Shown here in pieces: positions 48,940-56,821 of a stretch of 64,000 nucleotides of DNA. The stretch covers positions 14,864-78,863 of the forward strand of contig CAIYIS010000061.1 in the NCBI GenBank assembly GCA_903926385.1, read 5' to 3'. The position numbers and the translations under genes are program-made. This DNA is from an uncultured Bacteroidota bacterium. Its GTDB lineage: Bacteria > Bacteroidota > Bacteroidia > 2-12-FULL-35-15. Under the pieces are notes generated by a model. That model saw nothing but the letters and a program-made list of their open reading frames with translations. It did no database searches and had not been told where the DNA came from. Within the stretch, counting starts at the first letter, position 1. Every line of letters begins with the position of its first letter.

Positions 48940-48975
48940 AAAGGAAAAAGGCAGAATTAACTGCCTTTCTCCTTT
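48940..48975 (-). terminator. Intrinsic terminator/attenuator between the small gene and the membrane protein gene
   Basis: Minus strand aaaggagaaaggcag-ttaatt-ctgcctttttccttttt. Confidence 0.8.
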
Positions 48976-48978
48976 AAT

Positions 48979-49293
48979 TTACTTAGTAAAAGGACTGTTA
49001 ATATCACATACCGAAAGGCAAGGTGCAGAAAGATCTCCCAATTTTCCATTTGGTAAATCATTACCATTAATATCTACACCAACTAATACTAGCTGACGTT
49101 CACCATTGTTGTTTATGGCTTGATAGATTCTAATGCCGACAGCATTGGGCTGAGTGAGCACTGTATTGATAATGGATTTGCCAAAGTAATGCGCTTTTAC
49201 TTCACCGGGATAATTAGCCTGATACTTTTTTACCATTGTTATGGCATCTGTAAGTTGAATTTCTCCACCTGCGTTTGGATTGAATGTTGACAT
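48979..49293 (-). CDS. 104-aa hypothetical protein with GIRIY/LVLVGVD core and C-terminal PCxxxC
   Basis: Good A-rich TIR; first gene of the membrane protein-HK-RR unit; no signal peptide. Confidence 0.8.
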   Translation of the reverse strand: MSTFNPNAGGEIQLTDAITMVKKYQANYPGEVKAHYFGKSIINTVLTQPNAVGIRIYQAINNNGERQLVLVGVDINGNDLPNGKLGDLSAPCLSVCDINSPFTK

Positions 49294-49440
49294 AATAATT
49301 TAAGTTTTTAAGGTTAAAAATAAAGATTAATTTTTTTGTAAAGCTACTAATAAAAACGAATAAAAAAAGTTAGTGTGCATTTTTTTGAAAAAATGCTATC
49401 CCCTGTTTTCGGGCGTTTGAGTGAGTTGTTAACAATTTCT

Positions 49441-49525
49441 TCTACCTGATTCGGGTAGATAAAATCCCTGAATCAGGTAGAAGAAAAAATCCCTGAATCA
49501 GGTAGAAAATCTACCTGATTCAGAT
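49441..49525. promoter_or_regulatory. Four palindromic boxes CCTGA-W-TC(A/G)GG; putative response-regulator operators
   Basis: Centres at 49450, 49472, 49497 and 49519; two identical 22-nt copies aaaatccctgaatcaggtagaa; the last box abuts TTTG (49525), with TATCTTTG at 49550-49557. Confidence 0.7.
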
Positions 49526-49582
49526 TTGGAACTTCCGTTTGCCCCATTTTATCTTTGCCCCGACAATAATTAGTGTTTCATA

Positions 49583-49804
49583 ATGTGTAATCTTAGTAAT
49601 ATGGAAAAGGATAAATTAAGCTTAGAAAAGCTATGTATAAACATTGCCGATGTGCAGGATGTTTTGTATTGGTGCAACAGACTAAACTGTGACCAGATTG
49701 ATTTGGTAAATGCCGTCAGGTCTATAGGCAATAAAGCCAATATGGTGGACATGATATTGGTGTTAAATAAATGGAAAGGACGTACTCATTCTAAAGTAAG
49801 ATAA
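49583..49804 (+). CDS. Small DUF3606-like protein
   Basis: DVLYWCNRLNCDQIDLVNAVRSIG resembles the DUF3606 pattern (..YW...G.....L..AV..VG); -33/-7 promoter upstream. Confidence 0.6.
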   Translation: MCNLSNMEKDKLSLEKLCINIADVQDVLYWCNRLNCDQIDLVNAVRSIGNKANMVDMILVLNKWKGRTHSKVR

Positions 49805-49819
49805 TAATAGAAAGCAGCG

Positions 49820-50033
49820 AATGCCGAAAAACTCTTAAAGGCATTGCATAATGACCCGAACAGCATTTCATCCGAGGTTGACTCAAAAGACATGCAGAAT
49901 AAATGGCCTGCACATATTTGCAAATAAAATAAAGAACAGAGCGGGAAGACAAGCCGCAAGCCTGCACTGAAAAAAAGCGGAAATGAGTAAACCAAAAATC
50001 TATAAAGAGTAGGAAAAACTAATTTGTTTCAAC
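49820..50033 (+). ncRNA. Candidate conserved 5' leader / cis-regulatory RNA (copy B)
   Basis: Shares ordered blocks with 11770-11996; opens with an AATGCC...GGCATT hairpin. Confidence 0.45.
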
Positions 50034-50534
50034 ATGGCAAATGCAACAGAAAACAGAATAAACGTTACGATATCTGCAGCCAAAATAATCGCAATCGAAA
50101 CAGCATTTACAGATATAAATGCTGCTCTGGATGGCTGTACGGTGGCTCTGACAGATGACGAACGTAAATCGTTATTCAGTCTGGATGTGGAAAACAAGGA
50201 TTTTGCAAACGACTGTATGGCTCAGGGCATGGCACTAATTGCCTCTCTGCCTCCAGCTTTGCAAACCATTGTTACCAATCTGCAAAACGACCTTGCCCTG
50301 AATGCTCAGCTCGATAGGATAGAAAATCTCCTATTAGCGTTGGTACAGCAACGTGTGGCAGACACCAAGCGGATGTCGGCTCACGAGGCTTATGTGGCGG
50401 CTTTGGCTATCTATAAATTTATAGAAGCTATGGCAGGTATGGGTATTGAAGGCTTTCAGGCTGCTTACGATATACTGAAACCACGTTTTGAAGGACAGGG
50501 TGTAAAACCATCTACACAGGGTCCTACTGGTTAA
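50034..50534 (+). CDS. All-helical hypothetical protein
   Basis: 166 aa; pattern LT.DERK.L...DL.L..QL...DT....EAY.AAL.IY...A..G..G....YD.LK.RF, recalled as a widespread uncharacterised Bacteroidota family. Confidence 0.8.
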   Translation: MANATENRINVTISAAKIIAIETAFTDINAALDGCTVALTDDERKSLFSLDVENKDFANDCMAQGMALIASLPPALQTIVTNLQNDLALNAQLDRIENLLLALVQQRVADTKRMSAHEAYVAALAIYKFIEAMAGMGIEGFQAAYDILKPRFEGQGVKPSTQGPTG

Positions 50535-50541
50535 TCTCAGG

Positions 50542-50600
50542 TTGATAAAACCATCAAAATCCTGTTATAATTGTCACTGGCAGGATTTTGGTTTTATCAA
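50542..50600 (+). terminator. Long hairpin after 50034-50534
   Basis: ttgataaaacc-atc-aaaatcctg...caggatttt-ggttttatcaa. Confidence 0.7.
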
Positions 50601-50608
50601 TTAATAAA

Positions 50609-50784
50609 GAAAAAATAATGCATAATGCGCAATAGAGTTATGTATTACATATAATAAACTTATGTGAAACACATAAATGAATTATGCAAAACACATAATA
50701 AACTTCTGTAAAATGCATAAATGAATTATGCAAAACACGTAATGAAATACGTTAAAACACCAAATGATTTAATTAAAACAAAAG
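50609..50784. repeat. AT-rich 22-bp tandem repeats (7-8 units, alternating two types) with CATAA-N5-TTATG palindromes
   Basis: Units start at 50631, 50653, 50675, 50697, 50719 and 50741, with degenerate units at 50609 and 50763; perfect TGCATAA-N5-TTATGCA at 50714-50732. Confidence 0.85.
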
Positions 50785-51141
50785 ATGGCAAAAGAACAAA
50801 GAAATAAATTTAAAGGCATACCACCACCTCACGTTGGCGAAATACTAAAAAAATACATCAAACAGAACAGGCTGTATCAAGCAGGTTGGGCCAGAAAACA
50901 AGGCGTGCTCCCAACCACAGTTCTTGCTTATTTCAAAAAATCTTCCATGCAAATTTCTACCTTATTTACCATTTGTCAGGTATTAGAATTTAATTTTTTT
51001 AAAGCCATAGCCGATGCGCTGCCGCCCGAAATGCCTCCGCAAAACGTCAATCCCCTGCAACCGGAACTTGACCAAATAAAGAAAGAAAACGAAGCATTGA
51101 AAATGGAAAACGACATCTTAAAAAAATTGCTGAATAAATAA
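50785..51141 (+). CDS. Cro/CI-like HTH protein with C-terminal coiled coil
   Basis: HVGEILKKYI...QAGWARKQGV..TTV......SMQISTLFTICQVLEFNFF; tail ELDQIKKENEALKMENDILKKLL. Confidence 0.75.
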   Translation: MAKEQRNKFKGIPPPHVGEILKKYIKQNRLYQAGWARKQGVLPTTVLAYFKKSSMQISTLFTICQVLEFNFFKAIADALPPEMPPQNVNPLQPELDQIKKENEALKMENDILKKLLNK

Positions 51142-51148
51142 CTCCAAC

Positions 51149-51334
51149 ATGTCCAAACGATACACCAAATCTCAACGCGACCGATTAACCCGATATTACA
51201 TAACCTGTCTCATGCTGATGAACCGAAAAGACGAAAACCGAGTGCTTGCCTGGGGCGAAATAGTGTTTGGCTTTGTACTTATTTCTACCATCGCCATCAT
51301 GACTTATTCCTTTTGGGGGATGTGGAAAGGGTAG
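51149..51334 (+). CDS. Small membrane protein (61 aa, one C-terminal TM)
   Basis: Starts 7 nt after the HTH gene; hydrophobic C-terminal helix. Confidence 0.45.
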   Translation: MSKRYTKSQRDRLTRYYITCLMLMNRKDENRVLAWGEIVFGFVLISTIAIMTYSFWGMWKG

Positions 51335-51341
51335 GGGGGAA

Positions 51342-51376
51342 TATGAATTATAAATTATGAATTAGGAATTAGGAAT
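51342..51376. repeat. Five 7-bp units (TATGAAT/TAGGAAT)
   Basis: tatgaat tataaat tatgaat taggaat taggaat. Confidence 0.7.
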
Positions 51377-51573
51377 GAAATGACGTAGTGAGATTCTAAA
51401 TTAAGTGAACGTTTAAAAAATAAAATTCTCATCCAAATTATGGTGGATGTCTATATATAAGGAGTAACCCGAAAATCCTCCCACAAAGAGTAGGGATGTT
51501 TTATTACACTGCCTAATAAAACATTTATTAACAGAGGCAGGTAAATTTAATTAATTTTGTAAACTTAAATAAT

Positions 51574-52155
51574 ATGAAAAAATCAATTTTATTCATTCTA
51601 GCCATAGTATTAACTGCATTGTCTTTGAATGCTAAAGCACAAACCTGTTCAAGTCAAATCCTAAAGCCGTATAACGGGCCAAAAACAACTGATGAATTAA
51701 GTTCGTTACTTTGGACATCTACTAATCCTGTTATAAGAGGGATTGATAGTGCAACAAAAGTTTCACTAATTAAATATGTTGCGTTTTACAATGGATTTCC
51801 AAAAAGCATGAATGGAACGGATGATAATATCCAGACACTTTATAGGTCTGGGGCTTTCGCTCAAATTTTTAGTGCTATTATTGGCTGGAAAGTGAACATG
51901 TGTACTTATGAAACTTTGCCTGTTGCGATCTCGATGTCTGTAGATGATTTTATGAAGCTTTATAACGCAGACCCTACAAAAATGGCTTTTGAACCAGAAT
52001 TAAATTGGTGTTCAAATTGCTATAACCCAGGTGACCCTACTGGTCCTACTTCGAGTGGTGATGGTATTCATTGTTGTCAAACTCCTAGTAACCATGGTTG
52101 TTCCGACCCTGCAATTTGGGTTCCTAATGGTGGTGGCTGGTACATTGTAAGATAA
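51574..52155 (+). CDS. Secreted protein with Cys/Pro/Gly-rich C-terminal tail
   Basis: Signal peptide ending AKA-Q; tail WCSNCY...HCCQ...GCSDPAIW; TAATTTTG promoter element at 51552. Confidence 0.75.
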   Translation: MKKSILFILAIVLTALSLNAKAQTCSSQILKPYNGPKTTDELSSLLWTSTNPVIRGIDSATKVSLIKYVAFYNGFPKSMNGTDDNIQTLYRSGAFAQIFSAIIGWKVNMCTYETLPVAISMSVDDFMKLYNADPTKMAFEPELNWCSNCYNPGDPTGPTSSGDGIHCCQTPSNHGCSDPAIWVPNGGGWYIVR

Positions 52156-52165
52156 TTAAATTAAC

Positions 52166-53215
52166 TTGAAAACAGAACCATCTAAGAATAGATGGTTCTG
52201 TTTTGATAATTATATGCGAATTAGAATCCTTTTATCCATTTTCCTCTTATTTGTGCAATTTTCAATTGCACAATGCAAGTTGTTGATTAAACAAATTAAT
52301 CGAAATGCAGACACAATTCCTCACTTAATTATTGCGAATTTTCAAGAGGTCGTCCCTGTAAAATTAAACGATAGTGTTATGGAATATACTTTTGAAATGA
52401 AACAACCGGAATATTTTTTTGTGGTTGCCGATAAACATAATTGGTGGAATGTAAGGGTCTGGATGGAGCCAGAAATTGAAAAGAGAGAAATTACAATTGA
52501 TTATAAGTCAAGAAAAATTTCTATAAAGGATACAACAGATTGGGAAAAATTATTATTTAAAATAGATACCCTATATAAAGCAAAAAAGCATGATGAAATT
52601 TATTCAATAGAAAATAAATTTATTGAAAACCGACCAAACTCTTTTCTTTCTCTTTGGCTTTATTCATATTGTTCTGTTTTATCACTAACGCAAAATGAAA
52701 ATATTACATTATTTAAAAAACTTAGTTCTTCATTAGAAACGTATAGTATATATAAGCAATCAAAAGCTTCGCTAACTGCACGCAAATACCCCAATTATGG
52801 AGATAATTTTAAAGAGTTTACTTTAAATGATAACAAAGAAATACCATTTAACTCTACATCCATTAACAACAAAATAATTATTCTTCATTTTTGGAGCACT
52901 GGTTGTGGCCCATGTGTAAAAGGAATGGATGAGCTTGTTAAATTTTATAAATCGTTAGACACTTCTAAAATTGCTTTTATATCTGTTTCGCTTGATGAAG
53001 ATAAAAGCAAATGGAAAAAATCGGCCACCACAAATAAAATAATATGGGCAAACTTATGGACAGAAGATAACTCTTATTGCGACCTCTGTTTAAACTATAA
53101 CCTCACGGCAATGCCTTATTTTGTTATGTTTAATAAAGAAAAGAAAATAACTTTCTACAATGATGGAGAAGATATTGAACTTTTGAAAAGTAAATTAAAG
53201 GAGATTGATAAATAA
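52166..53215 (+). CDS. TlpA-family thiol-disulfide oxidoreductase
   Basis: HFWSTGCGPC; ISVSLD; AMPYFVMFN. True start probably MRIRILL. Confidence 0.85.
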   Translation: MKTEPSKNRWFCFDNYMRIRILLSIFLLFVQFSIAQCKLLIKQINRNADTIPHLIIANFQEVVPVKLNDSVMEYTFEMKQPEYFFVVADKHNWWNVRVWMEPEIEKREITIDYKSRKISIKDTTDWEKLLFKIDTLYKAKKHDEIYSIENKFIENRPNSFLSLWLYSYCSVLSLTQNENITLFKKLSSSLETYSIYKQSKASLTARKYPNYGDNFKEFTLNDNKEIPFNSTSINNKIIILHFWSTGCGPCVKGMDELVKFYKSLDTSKIAFISVSLDEDKSKWKKSATTNKIIWANLWTEDNSYCDLCLNYNLTAMPYFVMFNKEKKITFYNDGEDIELLKSKLKEIDK

Positions 53216-53257
53216 CTTTGTTTCTGAGTAAGCATTACCATTTATTAAAAAAGAACT

Positions 53258-53905
53258 ATGAAAAAAATGTTGCTTTACCTGCCTATCCTCATTTGCGGCA
53301 CTGCTATGGGGCAGTCGTATTATTCCGAATATATATACAAATTGGTGGACAATAAAAATCTTAGTGAGAAAATACAAACCAAGGATAAAGAGGGAAAAGA
53401 ACAGATGTCCGAAATGTTTCCAATGCCAATATCAGCTACTTTTTCGGTAAAAGTAATTTCCAACGAAAAATATGCATACATAAAAATGACGTTTGAAAGT
53501 GCCGGTATGGCAGGCCTCACCATTTCTGATGATGAGCAAAGTTTTTTTGTTGATTATTCTAAAAATCTGTGTTACGATATGAAAACAAAATCTTATTTTT
53601 ATTCTAAGCCCAACAAAATAAAAAGTGCTCCAATTGTTTTCAATGATAATTCGTTTGCAGAGGTTTTGATAGACGGCAAAGACACAGCTGTGGTTACATT
53701 CGACAAAAGAATGCCAAAGTTTATGACCAATCAATATCTGTTTGCTAACAATTCGTGCGGAGTATCAAAAATTCAAACCAGAAGAACTTTATTGACCTTA
53801 GTGAAATTTCAGGAACAAAAATTCGACCTCGATAAAGTAGCCGAAATATTTGAAAATAGTTGCGATAAAAAAACAAAAGATTTTAATATGTTGTTTTTAA
53901 AGTAG
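53258..53905 (+). CDS. Hypothetical exported protein
   Basis: Signal peptide ending AMG-Q; beta-rich. Confidence 0.7.
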   Translation: MKKMLLYLPILICGTAMGQSYYSEYIYKLVDNKNLSEKIQTKDKEGKEQMSEMFPMPISATFSVKVISNEKYAYIKMTFESAGMAGLTISDDEQSFFVDYSKNLCYDMKTKSYFYSKPNKIKSAPIVFNDNSFAEVLIDGKDTAVVTFDKRMPKFMTNQYLFANNSCGVSKIQTRRTLLTLVKFQEQKFDLDKVAEIFENSCDKKTKDFNMLFLK

Positions 53906-53957
53906 GCAGTGAAAGGCTTTAAAAATCGTACATTCACAAAAAAATATTTTATACACC

Positions 53958-54521
53958 ATGAAACTAAAAAAGTTTTTTCTTACTGGTTCGTTGCCCATTA
54001 TTTTTTTTAGTTGCAATACATCCGAAAATATCAAAAAAGGAAATGAACCTTTGTTACGAACAGATGGTTTGTATATTGCTATTAATCCCCATTCTCATTC
54101 GTATAGTAAAGATAAAAATGGAAAAGTTGAAGAAGAAGACACTTACGATTTAATACGTTTTTACAATTTAGATAGTGCAATAATCGTGCATTACCAAAAG
54201 TTGAAAGGAGAAAGTATTACAGTTGAAGATGGAAAGAAGTGGTTTCACGATTTCAAAAAATTATGGAAATACTCCCACGATAAGGAAGATAATTTTCAAT
54301 CAGAATTATTTCATCCCAAACTATTTTCGGAAGATTCAATTCAATTTATCTCAGACCGAATGTCGGGAGGAGTAAGAAGTACATCTACAAACTATAGTGG
54401 CAAAATGTGTAAGGATTCATTAGCTTTAAATTTTGTGATCTATCCAACTGTTTCAACTCAATTTATTCCACTGCCTCCAAGGCATCAATCTTTTATTTTT
54501 TATCCTGCTGAAGGGAAATAA
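53958..54521 (+). CDS. Hypothetical lipoprotein
   Basis: Lipobox FFSC. Confidence 0.7.
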   Translation: MKLKKFFLTGSLPIIFFSCNTSENIKKGNEPLLRTDGLYIAINPHSHSYSKDKNGKVEEEDTYDLIRFYNLDSAIIVHYQKLKGESITVEDGKKWFHDFKKLWKYSHDKEDNFQSELFHPKLFSEDSIQFISDRMSGGVRSTSTNYSGKMCKDSLALNFVIYPTVSTQFIPLPPRHQSFIFYPAEGK

Positions 54522-55858
54522 TGAATCGTCTAACTATTAAACAAAAAATAAAGTGCAAAAGCAAAAAGGTAAACACTACCTTTTTGCTTTTTTTAATTGC
54601 AAGTATAAACATAGCGCAAAACACTAATACATGCGGTATACTCAAAAAAACCATAGAAAAATTTAAAAGTAATGTTAATGCATTTCATGTTAAATTCACT
54701 TCTTTTAACACAGATGACGAGGATACTTTAAGATACATTGGTGACTTGTATTATAATAACACTGCCCCCAATCAACCTCCCTTTTACATATTGGAAGCTA
54801 ACAATTCCAATTATATTTATTTTAATAATACATCTTATTATGGAGTAAACAATGTTGGGAGTAAAGAGTTTACTGATTTGTCGAAAACTGATTCAACAAA
54901 AAGGCTAAAAGGGAAAATGATTAGTAATATGATTCCTGATTTTTTAATAAACCCCACTTTTTTTAATGGTTATCTTGAGGATTGTGATTCAAAATTATTT
55001 GAATTAAAGGAAACCAATGAATCATTTATCATTTCTTATGAAGATAAAATAAAACAGCCGATTTTAATGAAAGGGAAAGTTATCGGGATGAAAATTTATG
55101 ATTTAACTTCTTTTGAAATTGATAAAAAAACATATTTAATTAAAAAGCACTATTGGCAAGTTGTAACAGTAATGGGAGGTGTTGAAAGTAAACAAATCGA
55201 AACACATGCATTTACCCCTATTTCTATCTCAAAAGAAGATATTATTACAAAAATTGAAAATGAGAAGCCTTTAAATAAATTAAATGAATCGGCTAAAGCA
55301 CCCGATATTAATAGTGTAAAAACAGGTAGCATATTTCCTAACTTTATTTTAAAGGATTTGAATAATAATGATTATGCAGATAGCAAATTAAAATCAAGAT
55401 ATGTGTTAGTAGAGTTTTTTTATAAGAGCTGTGCCCCGTGCATTATTAATATGAAACAACTCAATAAAATTGATTCTATGTTTTCGAAAAAGGATTTAAC
55501 AATCTTAGCCATTAATGATGTAGACACAGGATTGGCATCGTTAAAAAATTTCATTAATAAATTTAATTTAGGCTATACTGTCTTGTATCAGGCTAAATCA
55601 TTAGCCGGCAAACTTAATTTCAATAGGCATCCACAAACATTTGTTTATGATAATAAAGACAGGAAAATAGTTTATGAAAATTCAGGAGGAGGCCCAACTT
55701 ATTATATAGAAATGAAATTGGTATTGGACAAAATAATTAACCATGACAAGATAAAGTCATACACAGCTGTTCTTATTACATGCATTTCTGTAATATTAGG
55801 TTTAGTTTTATTCGTTCTAACACGCTCGCATACGCGAAGCGCAACTCGACAGCGATAA
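54521..55858 (+). CDS. Second TlpA-like oxidoreductase with LolA-like beta N-domain and C-terminal TM
   Basis: PNFILKDL...EFFYKSCAPC...HPQTFVYD thioredoxin fold; hydrophobic C-terminal helix. Confidence 0.8.
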   Translation: MNRLTIKQKIKCKSKKVNTTFLLFLIASINIAQNTNTCGILKKTIEKFKSNVNAFHVKFTSFNTDDEDTLRYIGDLYYNNTAPNQPPFYILEANNSNYIYFNNTSYYGVNNVGSKEFTDLSKTDSTKRLKGKMISNMIPDFLINPTFFNGYLEDCDSKLFELKETNESFIISYEDKIKQPILMKGKVIGMKIYDLTSFEIDKKTYLIKKHYWQVVTVMGGVESKQIETHAFTPISISKEDIITKIENEKPLNKLNESAKAPDINSVKTGSIFPNFILKDLNNNDYADSKLKSRYVLVEFFYKSCAPCIINMKQLNKIDSMFSKKDLTILAINDVDTGLASLKNFINKFNLGYTVLYQAKSLAGKLNFNRHPQTFVYDNKDRKIVYENSGGGPTYYIEMKLVLDKIINHDKIKSYTAVLITCISVILGLVLFVLTRSHTRSATRQR

Positions 55859-55943
55859 ACCCCTTTATTAACAAGCCCTTTGTTTGTAAGTTCTCTTTAA
55901 TCAAATTCTTTTTCTCTACAAAAGGTTTGTTTATGCTGTAATT

Positions 55944-56702
55944 TTGTACCCACAAAAATTAATTAACCAATTAAATAAAAAAATGATAACGAATATAAAA
56001 TTCAACAAGCTAAAACATGTATCTGTTTTGGGCCAAACGGCAATGCTGGTCATTTGTTTTACATTAGGCTCGGTGGTGGTATCAGCGCAAACGGGAGGTA
56101 AAAAAACAAATGATGATTTTCTGAAATCGAGAAAAGAAAAAAGCAAAGAAAAAAGTAAAGCAATGGCTAATAAAATGGCCGATGCACCTTTTGCCAAAGG
56201 AACCAAAACCTTGGGGCTATCGGTGGGAGCAGGCGTAAACTATGGTTATCCCACTTATTATGGAGGCAGGTATGTTAATTATCCCGCCATCGGTTTGCAA
56301 TACGATATGGGGTTTTTGGACAACATAGGGCCCGGAAACATTGGCTTAGGCGGCATCATTGCTTATAAAAGTGCGGTGTATAAATATTCCGACTATCATG
56401 GTGCCTACAAGTCGCGTTACACCAATTTTGCTTTTGGTGTAAGAGGTACTTATCACTTAACTTTATTAAAAGAGAAGAATGCCAAATTCGACCCTTATGC
56501 AGGTGTTACCCTTGGTTTGCGCATTTTTCGCTATAGCGATAACGACCCTTATAACACCTATAAATATAGTTATAACTCGGCCTACCCTATTGTAGGCGGA
56601 TTTGTAGGAGCGCGTTATTTACTTACCACACATATTGCAGCCTTTGCCGAACTCGGTTACGATGTGTCGATGGCAAGAATAGGTATAAGCGGAAGTTTTT
56701 AA
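55944..56702 (+). CDS. Small outer-membrane beta-barrel protein
   Basis: Alternating aromatic strands, FDPYAG, AFAELGY, terminal F. True start probably downstream of the annotated one. Confidence 0.8.
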   Translation: MYPQKLINQLNKKMITNIKFNKLKHVSVLGQTAMLVICFTLGSVVVSAQTGGKKTNDDFLKSRKEKSKEKSKAMANKMADAPFAKGTKTLGLSVGAGVNYGYPTYYGGRYVNYPAIGLQYDMGFLDNIGPGNIGLGGIIAYKSAVYKYSDYHGAYKSRYTNFAFGVRGTYHLTLLKEKNAKFDPYAGVTLGLRIFRYSDNDPYNTYKYSYNSAYPIVGGFVGARYLLTTHIAAFAELGYDVSMARIGISGSF

Positions 56703-56758
56703 AAGGAAGTAACGGTAAGGATTTTTAAGGAAGAAAGCAGATGCTTTCTGAGGTTTGG

Positions 56759-56786
56759 TTAACTCCGGTCTAATGGCCGGAGTTAA
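56759..56786. terminator. Hairpin between convergent genes
   Basis: ttaactccggtc-taat-ggccggagttaa. Confidence 0.65.
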
Positions 56787-56821
56787 TTATTTAATGTGAG
56801 AGAGTAGAGGTTGAAAGGACA

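Noticed and set aside
50653-50740. dif/XerCD site (CATAA...TTATG arms)
   Set aside because: The central spacer is 5 bp rather than 6, the XerD arm TTATGTTAAAT is not matched, and the motif is tandemly repeated.
46200-56700. Prophage or integrative element
   Set aside because: No integrase, transposase, phage structural gene, tRNA target or flanking direct repeat was seen; it is called only an accessory patch.
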